Shown here: positions 11,252-22,464 of the stretch, one piece after another
Layout: each line of letters starts with the position of its first letter
Position numbering within the stretch: position 1 is the stretch's first letter
Assembly (NCBI GenBank): GCA_020184695.1
Contig: JAANOX010000085.1
Location: 408,358 to 472,357 of the forward strand
Direction: 5' to 3'
Source of the DNA: Histomonas meleagridis 2922-C6/04-290x
Taxonomy: Eukaryota > Protista > Parabasalia
DNA length: 64,000 bases
Program-made: the position numbers and the translations under genes
Notes under the pieces: model-generated
What the model was told of the DNA's origin: nothing
The model's database searches: none
What the model saw: only the letters and a program-made list of their open reading frames with translations

Positions 11252-14200
11252 ATGTTTTTTGGATTCGTAGGCCTCGCATTCTCTGCGATATTTGGCATTG
11301 ATTTCGGAAGCGAATCCATCAAAGCAAGTATGGCGTTATCAGGGAAGAGTATTCACGTTGCTCTTAACGCACAATCCAAACGTTTATCTCCATCATATTT
11401 CTCATTTTTCAACACATCTTCACCAAAGAACACTGTTCCCGGTGAAGACGGACATTGGCACAAAGACGAGCTACGAAATTACACATGGCTTTTCTTCGAT
11501 GCCGCTCGATCAAATTATTTCAGATTCCCAAATAACACTATCAAAGGAATGTCGCCAATGCTCGAAAGGGTTCATGGGTTCGACCGTCGTGAATCGTTAG
11601 CAATTACTCTTCGTCATCTTATATCTTCAATAGACGACGGAAGATGGAAACCAGAAGCGGCCAAAATCGTTTTCGCTGTCGAACCACTGATGACACACGA
11701 AGAACGATTTGCAGTTTTCGAAGCGATCCAAATAATGAACGCATCACTTACACACATCATCGATTACCCAACAGCTGCAGCAGAGCTTTACGCACTCGAA
11801 AAACATTCGTCGTATTTACGCAAAGATAAAACAGTTGTTTTCATTGATATCGGCGCAACGAATTCATGGGCATCAGTTTTTCTCTTCCAAAACACTCATC
11901 GCCAGCCAACGATTACAGAGTTATCACTTGTTACGAAAGCGAATCTTGGCGGCAATTTGATTGACAAATATATTTGTGATTTGGCATTAAAGAAATATGC
12001 CGAAACATATTCAATTCCTGTTCCAACTGATCCTAAAATCGTCTTACGCTTTATGGAGGAGTCACGTAAAGTCAAAGAGTTACTTACTCTGAATAAGGAA
12101 GCAGATATCCATTTGGAAGATGTTGAACCAGACCGAAGTTTCAACTTTAAATTAACGTTAGAAGAGTTCCAAAGTTTGTTGAAAGATTTTGGTGAAACAT
12201 TATCAGAGATATATCAAGAAGTTATAGCTAAAGCAGGACTCGAATCCAAAGACATCGATTCCATTGAACTTATTGGAGGCTCAACACGTATTCCATATTT
12301 ACAAGACGTATTGATTAAGGAGAGTGGACTTAGTAAGTTAAATCGTACGATGAATAGTGATGAAGCAGTTGCATTAGGTGCAGGTTATGTTGGAGCATCA
12401 GAAAGTACATTATTTATTATTAAGAAGATAACAATGAAAGCGTTTTGTAATATGAATGTGTTTTTGTTACATGGTAATAATGAAGAAATCCAAATCTTTA
12501 ATGAGACTTCTTATTTAACAGATACTTATAAATATACTTTCGATGCGAAAGATAATGATAACATTACTATAATGGCAGGTAATCCACCAACTAAAGTTAT
12601 TACTATGTTTATGAACTTATCAAATAATACAAAACCTTCTTCAAAGATTGTATTAAATATTGGATTTAATGAATTTACTATTCCGAATATTACTTCAATT
12701 AAATTAAATGGATTTAATTATAATATGTCAAAGGCAATCTTTTATCATAATGATTGGGAATATGATTATGATCATTTAAATCAAAGTTTCGAATTTGTTC
12801 ATGAATTTGATAATATCGATAAAGAACGTAAAGAATTCCAAGAAGCATTTGATAGTTATGAAAGTTATATTTTCACAATTAAAGATAAAGTTCGATATGT
12901 ACCAGAATTCCAACGTGTATTAAATGAAACTGAAGGTGAATATTTAATTAGTGTTGCTGAAGAACATCGTAAATGGCTTGATGAAAATGCCGGTAAATTA
13001 ACTTTAGATATGATCAAAGAACATCATGATAAACTTAAGGATGTATTAAAAGAACCAGAAAGACGTGAAGATCATTTCAATAAAATTAATGATACAATTC
13101 GAGATTTCGAAAAATCACTTGAAAGAATGTATAAAGAAATCACTGAAACTTGGCCTAAGAAGAAGAAATGGATGCCAAAAGAAAAAATAGAACAATCTTG
13201 GGAATCTTATAATAATAGTCTTGATTATCTTAATGAAGAAAAAGCTTTCGCTATTGGTAAAAGAATGTATGAAGCTCCTCATGCTTGGTGGAATCAAATT
13301 AATGTTCAACGTCAAATTATGGAATTTAACTTCAACAAGACATGTGAAATGAAAAAGCCCACCCCGACACCAAAGCCGACTCCGATAGATCCAAATAGTA
13401 CTAATGTAACTGATAGTAATGAAGTTAAAGCAGATAAGAAAGAAGAAGAAGAACATGAAGAATCACCAGAAGAAAAGCAGAAGAAAGAAGAGAAGAAACG
13501 TATGAAAGAAATTGAGTTAAAGAATCATCGTGAAGAATTCCTTGATCATTTAGAAGAATTTAGAATTTTCTTTGATAAATGTAATGAAAATATCGATGAT
13601 TATCCTGAAGATGTTAAGAAAGAATATAAGAGATTATGCGAAGATTATCGAGATATGCATTTCAAGTATATGGATCAACATGAGAAATATGTAAGAGATG
13701 CTAAAGATGATCATCGACCTCCACCACCTCCAAGAAGGCCTCGAAGACCAAGAAGACATCCAAGATCACCTGAAGAAATTAGAAGAAGAGAAGAAGAAAG
13801 AATTAGAAGAGAAGAAGAGGAAAGAGAAAGAATGGAAGAAGAAAGAAGAAGAAATGAAGAGGAAAGATTAAGAATTGAAGAGGAAAGAAGAAGATTCGAT
13901 GAAGAAAAAAGAAGAATTGAAGATGAACATGGTATTCCTCATGATGATGAAAATGATGATTTCATTCCTCCTCCACCTCCTGCTGATGCTGATCGTCATT
14001 TGCCGCCGCCTCCTCCACCTCCTGTTCGTCCTCCTCATCATCCTCCTCCGCCTCCACATCATCATTTCGATGATGATGATGACTTCTATTATGAGGAAGA
14101 AGAAGACGATTTCCTCCAAGTCGTTGAGCATCCTCCTACAAAACCACCTCCACCTCCAACTTTACCTTCTAAGACTGATAAAATTGTAAAAGAAGAATCA

Positions 14201-14344
14201 GAAGAAACTAAAGTTGAAGAAACTTCTACAGAAAAAGAAGAAAAGAAAGAGGAGACTTCTGAAGAAGAGAAGAAACCTGAGAAAGAAGAAGAATCATCTG
14301 TTGTAAAAGAAGAAGAAAGGACTGGAAGTGGTGATGAACTCTAA
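11252..14344 (+). CDS. ER-lumenal Hsp70-family protein (GRP170/HYOU1/Lhs1-like) with Pro/Arg/acidic C-terminal extension
   Basis: Hydrophobic N-terminus, GIDFG, ELIGGSTRIPY and MNSDEAVALGA motifs; C-terminal GDEL. Confidence 0.85.
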   Translation: MFFGFVGLAFSAIFGIDFGSESIKASMALSGKSIHVALNAQSKRLSPSYFSFFNTSSPKNTVPGEDGHWHKDELRNYTWLFFDAARSNYFRFPNNTIKGMSPMLERVHGFDRRESLAITLRHLISSIDDGRWKPEAAKIVFAVEPLMTHEERFAVFEAIQIMNASLTHIIDYPTAAAELYALEKHSSYLRKDKTVVFIDIGATNSWASVFLFQNTHRQPTITELSLVTKANLGGNLIDKYICDLALKKYAETYSIPVPTDPKIVLRFMEESRKVKELLTLNKEADIHLEDVEPDRSFNFKLTLEEFQSLLKDFGETLSEIYQEVIAKAGLESKDIDSIELIGGSTRIPYLQDVLIKESGLSKLNRTMNSDEAVALGAGYVGASESTLFIIKKITMKAFCNMNVFLLHGNNEEIQIFNETSYLTDTYKYTFDAKDNDNITIMAGNPPTKVITMFMNLSNNTKPSSKIVLNIGFNEFTIPNITSIKLNGFNYNMSKAIFYHNDWEYDYDHLNQSFEFVHEFDNIDKERKEFQEAFDSYESYIFTIKDKVRYVPEFQRVLNETEGEYLISVAEEHRKWLDENAGKLTLDMIKEHHDKLKDVLKEPERREDHFNKINDTIRDFEKSLERMYKEITETWPKKKKWMPKEKIEQSWESYNNSLDYLNEEKAFAIGKRMYEAPHAWWNQINVQRQIMEFNFNKTCEMKKPTPTPKPTPIDPNSTNVTDSNEVKADKKEEEEHEESPEEKQKKEEKKRMKEIELKNHREEFLDHLEEFRIFFDKCNENIDDYPEDVKKEYKRLCEDYRDMHFKYMDQHEKYVRDAKDDHRPPPPPRRPRRPRRHPRSPEEIRRREEERIRREEEERERMEEERRRNEEERLRIEEERRRFDEEKRRIEDEHGIPHDDENDDFIPPPPPADADRHLPPPPPPPVRPPHHPPPPPHHHFDDDDDFYYEEEEDDFLQVVEHPPTKPPPPPTLPSKTDKIVKEESEETKVEETSTEKEEKKEETSEEEKKPEKEEESSVVKEEERTGSGDEL

Positions 14345-14386
14345 ACAATAACATAAAAAAATTTTTTTTTAAATTTGATGCGACAA

Positions 14387-14393
14387 AACCGTT
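14387..14393 (+). promoter_or_regulatory. AACCGTT, M3/Myb-like core promoter element
   Basis: Lies 54 nt upstream of ATG 14447; the same heptamer recurs upstream of several genes and fits the trichomonad M3 consensus DRCSGYTD. Confidence 0.45.
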
Positions 14394-14446
14394 ATTTGAT
14401 GTGTTTGCGGCCGTTTATTCCTAAATTGGCGGTTTGAAGTAGGAAT

Positions 14447-16312
14447 ATGGCCGACACCGAACACGACTTTGCGGCAATTGAGGATCTACTGAGGAAAACA
14501 GAAACAATTCAAGAAAACGAAAGGAATTTTTTTGAGGGAATTGCGTCTTTAATTGCTTATCAATATAATCTTTGTTCAAAATTTGTTGCGCCAGCTACTG
14601 ACTTAATAAAACAGATACATAAACTTGAGGAAAGAAATAAAGTTCCTCAAATTAAATTTCCAAATGATTCTACTTCAATTTCTAAAACATCAAGATTTAT
14701 TGAACTAGAACAAGCATTGACAAAAGAAATTTGGCAGGTCATTTCGCCTAATGAAGATGCAATAGAATCTTTTCAATTGTCTCATGATGCTTTTTATAAT
14801 ATTCTTCATCGTCGAAATGAAGCATTTTCTCATCATATTGAATCATTTCCTATAATAAGTGATGCAGAATATCTTGATGAAACAATTAAAGAAGAAAAAC
14901 AAGAACAATTAGATGATATAAAAAATTTTTTGAAAAAAATAGAATCTAAACTTACATGTCAAATAAGCAGTAATGAAAATATCAAAGGGTTTAAACCAAC
15001 CTATGAAATTATCCAAGAAATTGATGCAAATCTTAATGGTAATTTTTCGGAAAACAACATCAACAAATATTATGAAGAATTAAAACGAACAGAAAAAGAA
15101 CTTTCGCAATCCTTAATCGATGCCACTAATATATATAATGAATATATGGAGAATTCAAATTTTCCATCATCAGATATTCTTCATAATTTACCACAATATC
15201 AAGAATTAATGGCTTCTTTGTCATATAGTTCTGTTATTGCGCGTAATAATCTTTTAGTTCATTCTCGTAAAATCCGTGATTTAATTGAACGGTTCAAAGA
15301 AACACAAGAAAAATTTAATGAATGTTTTGTTTTACCTAAAATTGATTTCCATGAAAAAGAAATGGTCCTTCAAAATGATATAAGGTCTTATGTTTCACAT
15401 CGTAAAATTTTATTTTTACAAAATCTCTTAAAGAAACCTGGATTTGGCAAACCGTCTGACAAACCGCCGGAGTGGAATTCGTTAGAGTTTTCAAAAAGTG
15501 AAGCCGAGTTTTTGAGGACTTTACACAATCTCCTAACCGACGAACGATACGAAGAATGTTTACAACTTTTAGAGATGAGTTTTGAACGTTATACTAATTC
15601 TAAGGAAGATATTCAAAATGAAATTAAACAAATTGAGTTATGTCATGAGAATGCAGAAAAGTCACGAGAAGAAATGTTTAAACATACAGTTCCACATATT
15701 AATGATAAGATGGAAACACAAGTAATGGAGAAGCGACAAGAGAATGAAACATTATATAATGAGATACGAATGGAATTAGACGCAATGAACAATGATCTTT
15801 TAACCACTATCAATAACACGAATGAAATACTGAATTCGATAACATTCGAAAGTATATTTCCGCATCAATTCGAACAATTAATGAACGGATTAATAGACAA
15901 AGAGCCGAAGAAAGATTTACTGCGAAAGAAAATCGAAAATGTTAAAGAAGAAATTGATGAGAAACAAAATAATAACAACAAAATACGAAAAGAAATCGAA
16001 AACATGAAATATAAATTAAATGAAAAACAAAAACAATTCGAAGAATCAAAACTCCGCGCAGAGAAAAACCCAAAGAAATATAACGAAAGTAACGTCGAAA
16101 ACGATTCGGAAGACGAAGAGTTCAACGACCTGAAGGAGAAGTACTACTGCGTGTGCCACGAGAACCCGCGCGACACAGTGATACTGAAGTGCGGTCACAC
16201 GTTCTGCAGCAAGTGCATGAAAGAAAGGATAAAGGCAAGAAACAGAAAGTGCGGACACTGCGGACAGTCATTCGACCCGAACTCTGAAGTCAGCCCAATT
16301 AGATGGAACTGA
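14447..16312 (+). CDS. Coiled-coil plus C-terminal RING E3 ligase, BRE1-like
   Basis: Long coiled coil and terminal C3HC4 RING (CVCHENPRDTVILKCGHTFCSKCMKERIKARNRKCGHC) resembling the BRE1 RING. Confidence 0.75.
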   Translation: MADTEHDFAAIEDLLRKTETIQENERNFFEGIASLIAYQYNLCSKFVAPATDLIKQIHKLEERNKVPQIKFPNDSTSISKTSRFIELEQALTKEIWQVISPNEDAIESFQLSHDAFYNILHRRNEAFSHHIESFPIISDAEYLDETIKEEKQEQLDDIKNFLKKIESKLTCQISSNENIKGFKPTYEIIQEIDANLNGNFSENNINKYYEELKRTEKELSQSLIDATNIYNEYMENSNFPSSDILHNLPQYQELMASLSYSSVIARNNLLVHSRKIRDLIERFKETQEKFNECFVLPKIDFHEKEMVLQNDIRSYVSHRKILFLQNLLKKPGFGKPSDKPPEWNSLEFSKSEAEFLRTLHNLLTDERYEECLQLLEMSFERYTNSKEDIQNEIKQIELCHENAEKSREEMFKHTVPHINDKMETQVMEKRQENETLYNEIRMELDAMNNDLLTTINNTNEILNSITFESIFPHQFEQLMNGLIDKEPKKDLLRKKIENVKEEIDEKQNNNNKIRKEIENMKYKLNEKQKQFEESKLRAEKNPKKYNESNVENDSEDEEFNDLKEKYYCVCHENPRDTVILKCGHTFCSKCMKERIKARNRKCGHCGQSFDPNSEVSPIRWN

Positions 16313-16729
16313 GTAAATGATGTTAAAGATGATTTGATTTGTGTTTTGGATGTTGCGTAATTATTATGTGTGTTATGAAATGGGAAATATAGCAAATGTC
16401 AATTAACTTTATGATGGAATTATCATTGTTGTTAATGGATGGAACTGAGTAAATGATGTTAAAAATGATTTGATTTGTGTTTTGGATGTTGCGTAATTAT
16501 TATGTGGTGTTATGAAATGGGAAATATCGCAAATGTCAATTAACTTTATGATGGAATTATCATTGTTTTTAATATATGGAACTGAGTAAATGATGTTAAA
16601 GATAATTTGATTTGTCTTAAAAATATTTTTAACATTGCGTTAATTATATGATATTCTTCTTAAAAGAAAAATTATCGCAACTGTAAATTAGCTTGATAAA
16701 TGGAATTATCATTGTTCTTAATAGATGGA
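16303..16729 (+). repeat. Three tandem ~137-bp copies of the gene's terminal codons plus 3' UTR
   Basis: ATGGAACTGAGTAAATGATGTTAAA... starts at 16303, 16439 and 16576; the third copy is more diverged. Confidence 0.9.
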
Positions 16730-17063
16730 TCATGGATTACCGCCATGCATTAGCTTTGAATTGGTTTTGTTGTATTCCAGATAGTAAATTATAGCTATAA
16801 GTGAAAAAACAATCTACAGGAATCGATTTCAAATATTTGTTGAAACTTTATATGATATTTAAAATATTTTTTTTTATTACAAATTGAAAATTCTAAAATA
16901 TTAATACATTTATTTGTTATATTATTTTTTACTTTCTTATTTTCTTATATTTATTCCATGAAAAAATTCTTAAATATTTTGAAGTGTTTGACCCTTACAA
17001 TAAAAAAATATAAATGGTGAAAATGTTTAATTCGAATCATAAAAGTTTTATCTAAAACTAAAA

Positions 17064-17672
17064 TTACTTCTTGCTATCATTTGATAAATATGCATTCAAA
17101 TCAAACATTCCAATGTTAGATAAAAATGAATACTTAGAAATATTAGTTGCAAAAGTATCGAAATCAATAGTTCCTTTTTTATCAGGATCAAAGTTTTGAA
17201 CTGTTGTTTCAACTAAAACTTTTATTTGATCATTAGGAAGATATGCCATTTTTCTATGTGCAATAAGTAACATAATTTCTCTAAGATCAGTTGTTTTTAT
17301 AATGCCATCTTTGTCAAGATCGAATAGATTGAATCCAAATTTCAATCTTTCCATTGGAGATGCCCTTTCGCAAATAGAAGAAAATCCCTGAATAAATTCT
17401 ATAAAATCAATAGCACCATCACCATTCAGATCAAATGCTGCAAATACATATTCAGCTAATTCCAAACTTGAAATACCAAAAATATCTTTAAAACATTGTA
17501 CTTTAATTCCAGGATTATGTTTATATTCTTTAACAAAACCTTTAAATTTAGTATAAAATATTTTGATTTCATCAGCTGTAAAGTGTGTTGATTCAACCAA
17601 ATCTTCAAGCATTTTGTTTGTAAGTTTCTCTTTTTTAAATATTAAAGAAATTTTACTTCCACTACTTCCCAT
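17064..17672 (-). CDS. Myristoylated EF-hand Ca2+-binding protein (calcineurin B/NCS-like)
   Basis: MGSSGSK start, STHFTADEI, FDLNGDGAIDFIEF and FDLDKDGII EF-hands. Confidence 0.85.
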   Translation of the reverse strand: MGSSGSKISLIFKKEKLTNKMLEDLVESTHFTADEIKIFYTKFKGFVKEYKHNPGIKVQCFKDIFGISSLELAEYVFAAFDLNGDGAIDFIEFIQGFSSICERASPMERLKFGFNLFDLDKDGIIKTTDLREIMLLIAHRKMAYLPNDQIKVLVETTVQNFDPDKKGTIDFDTFATNISKYSFLSNIGMFDLNAYLSNDSKK

Positions 17673-18544
17673 ATAAAGCAAATGATTTTAATAAAAAGAT
17701 AAAAACATGGGAATTCAAATTGACATAAATATTCTATTCAAATGAAAAAGCAAATTTTATGGATTTTAATTTTCAAAAAAGATGTTGATGAAATGAGACA
17801 GATTTTGTTTAAACGGTACCCAGAAAACAAGAAATGACAAACGGTAAAAACGGTTTTATTTATCCAAATAATTGACTGCGGCAAAAAATTTGAAAGCATT
17901 ATTAAGAAGTAAATGGATGCTTCCATTTTCCTTCGGCAAATACATTAAATATCATTTGGAAGGAACAACAAAATACCATATACAAAATCATATAACATAT
18001 GTTTTTGTTAATAAATCTGATCTCAATTTTTTTTAACTGATTATTCTTCAACATAGGCTGTAAATTTATTAATTATCTGGATTATATATATATATATATA
18101 TAAGTTTTTAATTTCTCGTTACTTAATTTTATGTTATCTGTTGCAACAAAATGTGATGGAACAAGAATTAAGATTAAAATGTCAGGTAAAATATGAATAA
18201 TAGAACCTAAATAAATGTTGATCATCATTTTGCAGAATATAAATCAATATAAGTAGGAGTAATATTTGGAAAAATACTCGCCATCTCCTTATTTAATTTC
18301 TAATAGTGACAAAATACTAACGAATATCGACATTTTTTTTTCGTTTATGATAATCCCTGGTATCGATGCATCAAAAGCCATTCCAATTATAAAATTTTGA
18401 TTTAAGTCTCAATTATGTCCAATTTTTTAAAAATGAATTAAAGAATTCTAGAAAATAAAAATAATATTATACATTTTCTGTAAATTATTTTTGGTTACAA
18501 GAAATTTTTGTTTGATATGGAGATTTATATCTGGTCGAATGAAA

Positions 18545-18551
18545 AACCGTT
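18545..18551 (+). promoter_or_regulatory. AACCGTT, M3/Myb-like element
   Basis: Immediately upstream of ORF 18565. Confidence 0.4.
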
Positions 18552-18564
18552 TCTTCAATTTTGA

Positions 18565-19512
18565 ATGCATTCAAATATCAGAAAAAGAATTTTTCGAATG
18601 ATTCTTTTATATACTCTTCTAGTAAGTGGAAAAGGCTGTAATATCAGCGATGTAAAATACGCTATGTTACGTTTACCTTCTTTTTTTCGCTTAAAATTAC
18701 AATTGAGGCTATCAAATATATATCAAGATTGTAGTTTATCTCAATTAACTCGCTTCTTGCCAATAGCTATATTTCTCTTCTGTTTACTTTGCGTTTTTTG
18801 GCTTATAAAGTTAGTACGAAATCGTCAATATCGAACCAAAATGCATTATCTTATTACGATTTATTATGGATTATGTATTATTTCATGTTGCCTTGATTAT
18901 CGTATTCAATATAAAACGAATGAAGGTGAATCAATTTCTAATTTTATAACAAATTCATCATCTTTTATTCGGGTTCTAGTTTCAACCTATGGTCCAATAA
19001 TACTTTTTTTAGTTTCTCTTGGTTATGATCTCATTACAAATGAAATTCCCTTATTTGAATTTATTATTTTCATTCTTTTAATTTTACGATTTAATTTAAC
19101 CAGAGATTTCATTTCTAATATTTTTGTCGGGCCCATCCAAAAGCTAATTGACATACCAAATATTTTATTGCTGTATTTTCTTATTCTCCGATCAACAAAA
19201 TCCGGTGGAAGAAAATTTTCGGAGTTATTTACAAACGATGAAATGGAATACAATTACATATATCCGACCATTGTTTCGTCGAAATACATTACGTTTATAA
19301 CATTTTTATCAACGTTTCTTTTGATCATATTATATACATTTGTGAAAACATTTTTGTTCGCAAGATGTGCGCTGCACTCGATGCACTTGTTGTTCTGCTT
19401 CTTTTTGTATAGAGTTTTCATTGTGAGCTATAAAAAATTAACAAAAACAGAAATATTGTTTAATTTGGATCCGGAAATCGCTGTGTCTTCAGTTGTGAAC
19501 CAATACCAATGA
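18565..19512 (+). CDS. Multi-pass membrane protein, unknown function
   Basis: 315-aa ORF with about 6-7 hydrophobic segments. Confidence 0.6.
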   Translation: MHSNIRKRIFRMILLYTLLVSGKGCNISDVKYAMLRLPSFFRLKLQLRLSNIYQDCSLSQLTRFLPIAIFLFCLLCVFWLIKLVRNRQYRTKMHYLITIYYGLCIISCCLDYRIQYKTNEGESISNFITNSSSFIRVLVSTYGPIILFLVSLGYDLITNEIPLFEFIIFILLILRFNLTRDFISNIFVGPIQKLIDIPNILLLYFLILRSTKSGGRKFSELFTNDEMEYNYIYPTIVSSKYITFITFLSTFLLIILYTFVKTFLFARCALHSMHLLFCFFLYRVFIVSYKKLTKTEILFNLDPEIAVSSVVNQYQ

Positions 19513-20002
19513 GATATTTCTGTTTTTTTTATATCTCTTATTAAACCATTCTCTCTAGTTAAAATTTTGTGTTTTTAAAGCTGAAAATTGTTTTTAATAA
19601 AAATTCAAAAAATTATTTTAACTTCTCATATTAGTACATGTGTTATTGACTTATAAACAAGAATAACTTGTGCTGCTTCCATTTTAAGTTGGCTTGACAA
19701 TTAGGCACATTCACATTTCCAATTTCAATAATTCCCATCAATGAAAAGCATAAAAGTTGTTAGATCACATTAAATAAATTCGAAAAATTAATACTTTCAC
19801 TATCAAGATTCTCTATAAATTACATGCATATCAAGTTAACGATCATTTATTATGTTATACATTGCATAGGTTTCAATGAATGAAATATTAATATCATCAA
19901 ACATTTGCATTGAAACGAAACGACAAATTTAACAAAGCAAAAAAATTTTCTGTTTCTATTCACTTAACTTTTTACTGATGTTCCGTCAACACAGTATTTA
20001 AT

Positions 20003-21349
20003 TTAATTTAATATATTAACATTTGTTCTGTGGATTGCGTTTTCTGTCTCTTCCTGTATTTCCTTTATTGTCTTTGTCACTCCTTCGTCCAGTGCCATTT
20101 GTATCAGCTTCGGCCTTTCGAATGGCGGCGGCATTGTCTGCGGCGGCTCGCTCTCGTCATACGGCTGCAAGTTCAAGTCGTTTGGCACATATCTTTTCGT
20201 TTCTTCGTCGAAGTGGAATGCCTGATATTGCCATTCGAGATTATTCTGTTCGAAGAACTCGCGTTCTTTTCTTTGTTTCTCTTCGAGCGCATATTTATGA
20301 TTTGTGGCATTAATGGTGTCATCTTTCTTGAGATATAATGAAACATATTTCCAAAGATTTTGTGACTCATATTCACTTTGTTCTTCAAGTGGTGGCGCAA
20401 CAATCTGAAGTGGAATAGAAAAACGAACATTAAATGGTATAAAGGTTTGTTGCTTACGTGAATCTTTCACACGCATGTGAGTTGACCAGCGACCCTCAAA
20501 CGATATGGGACCGTTACGGGCAAAGGGTAATTCAGGGGTAAAAATATAACCGTTAAATCTGTTGCCGCGCTTTTCAAAAATCCCTTTGGAAAGAAAGTTG
20601 ATGATGGAAGTGACACCCGTTTGAATGCAGCGAATACGAACAGTACCAACAATTTCCATACGAAGTCGACCAAAAATTAAACCACAACCATACATATCAG
20701 GAAAATTAAACTCATAAGTTTCCCCTATTTTGGTTAACTCAAGGTTAACACGTGTATTCTCATGATCCATTTTGGCTGCAACAGAATTACCGAGAAATTG
20801 TGATCGCATTTCTGTATGACCCCAAACTATAACACCGCCTTTACGATCACAATAATGAAAAGCAGAGATTGGCGGATGATGAGAAACTTGTTCTGCAATA
20901 TATGTACCAATGATTTCATTATCTTGTGATATTAAAGCTGACCTAAACACCTCACCAAGAAGAGAATTGTATGGTTTTCGAGGTGCACGAGGTGAAAGAT
21001 GGAAACCAGATACAATCCATGTGACTAGATGAAGACAACGAAGCATTGGATCAGGTTCTGTTTCAATTTGTCTTAGAATATCTGCATGAGCCATCCAATC
21101 TGTGAATCTTTGTATTGTTGATCGAGTTTCAAGAAAATAAGTAGGAAGATTAATACGTGATAAACTCATTCCAATATGAAGTTGCTTCATCAAATGCCAC
21201 ACAATGGACCACTTTTGAGGAGGAATTTCTTCTTCTTCGAAATCATCAAGTTGATCAAATTGATCTAAATTGATGTCTGCTTCAGAGTTTTCCTTCTTCA
21301 TTTTAAAACCGTTTTCAATCGAATAAAAATTGACAAATTCACATTTCAT
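20003..21349 (-). CDS. Oxysterol-binding protein (short ORP)
   Basis: LSRINLP, KPYNSLLGE and EQVSHHPPISAF signature motifs. Confidence 0.92.
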   Translation of the reverse strand: MKCEFVNFYSIENGFKMKKENSEADINLDQFDQLDDFEEEEIPPQKWSIVWHLMKQLHIGMSLSRINLPTYFLETRSTIQRFTDWMAHADILRQIETEPDPMLRCLHLVTWIVSGFHLSPRAPRKPYNSLLGEVFRSALISQDNEIIGTYIAEQVSHHPPISAFHYCDRKGGVIVWGHTEMRSQFLGNSVAAKMDHENTRVNLELTKIGETYEFNFPDMYGCGLIFGRLRMEIVGTVRIRCIQTGVTSIINFLSKGIFEKRGNRFNGYIFTPELPFARNGPISFEGRWSTHMRVKDSRKQQTFIPFNVRFSIPLQIVAPPLEEQSEYESQNLWKYVSLYLKKDDTINATNHKYALEEKQRKEREFFEQNNLEWQYQAFHFDEETKRYVPNDLNLQPYDESEPPQTMPPPFERPKLIQMALDEGVTKTIKEIQEETENAIHRTNVNILN

Positions 21350-21935
21350 AACTTTTGAATGGATTGAATAAACCTTTTTGTGAAGGGTGTTTAATAAAAA
21401 TTGTTACTTGAGTGGCTACAAAGTGAATATAAAAAGAAGATTCAATAAGCATATAGAAATAATTGAATACTAAAGTCTGCGTTGGTCATTCCTATCAACT
21501 TTTTGATTTCGACTTTCAAAGAAATCGATCACATCGAGTTATTGGCTTGCTCCTTTGTGTTTTTGATTACTGAAGATTTTAACTATGAAGATCAATGATT
21601 TCATCATTTAAATACAGTTTTTATTTTGGAATTATTATTTAATTAGTAGCTTACTAATTAGTTGAGTACTATGACATTTACCATTTTAAGCTTTTTGCTC
21701 TCTTTCAATGGGGTGTTTCAGCTAATCTAACTGATGATGCGTAATTTTTCATTCATTTTCAAAATCCCATTTTCAACACTAATTATTTGTCTAGTATAAT
21801 GTGTATCTAAAAGACACTGGTCTGTGATAGCAATAAAAGGGAAAAAGATGTTCAATTGAGGTTCAAAACTTTTTTATAAATAAAAGCATTTATGTAATAT
21901 TTTGTAAATAACCTTTATTACCAAGGTTAAAGTAG

Positions 21936-22464
21936 ACTCTTTCATTGCCACCTGAAATTCTATAAATATGGAAGCATATATGCAAAAAAATGGCAACACA
22001 TTTTTTGTAAAAATGACTACAAAAAAACACTATCGGGCGGTTATTATCGTAATCACAAAAAGTTGTTATCATATAAAAGTGACTTTTTCCATTCGTTCGA
22101 CTAACTTCGACATTTGACACAATAATTTATTTGTCAATATTTTTCTTTGCTTATTCAAATATGGTAACAAACTTAGTCAAATTTCGAAATCAGTGAAAAA
22201 TCAAATTTTATTAGAAATTTTGAAAAATAACAATATTTCTACTACTGCTGTGATATCAAGAGTTATCAAGAATCAAGCAAAACATTAATTTTATTATCAA
22301 AAGAAGAATGCAAAAAAGTCACTTTTATATGATAACAACTTTTGTGATTACGATAATAACCGCCCCGATAGAGTTTTTTTGTAGTCATTTTTACAAAAAA
22401 TGTGTTGCCATTTTTTTGCATACTTGCTTCCATTTTAATAGAATTTAAGTGGCAATGAAAGAGT
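21936..22464. mobile_element. MITE-like element: ~159-bp imperfect inverted repeats around a ~211-bp spacer
   Basis: Arms 21936-22094 and 22306-22464 are near reverse complements (ACTCTTTCATTGCCAC...GTGACTTTTTCCATTC); no ORF inside; no clear target-site duplication. Confidence 0.6.

Noticed and set aside
18084-18101. (AT)n microsatellite; also a (TAT)n run near 59118-59141
   Set aside because: Expected in highly AT-rich intergenic DNA.
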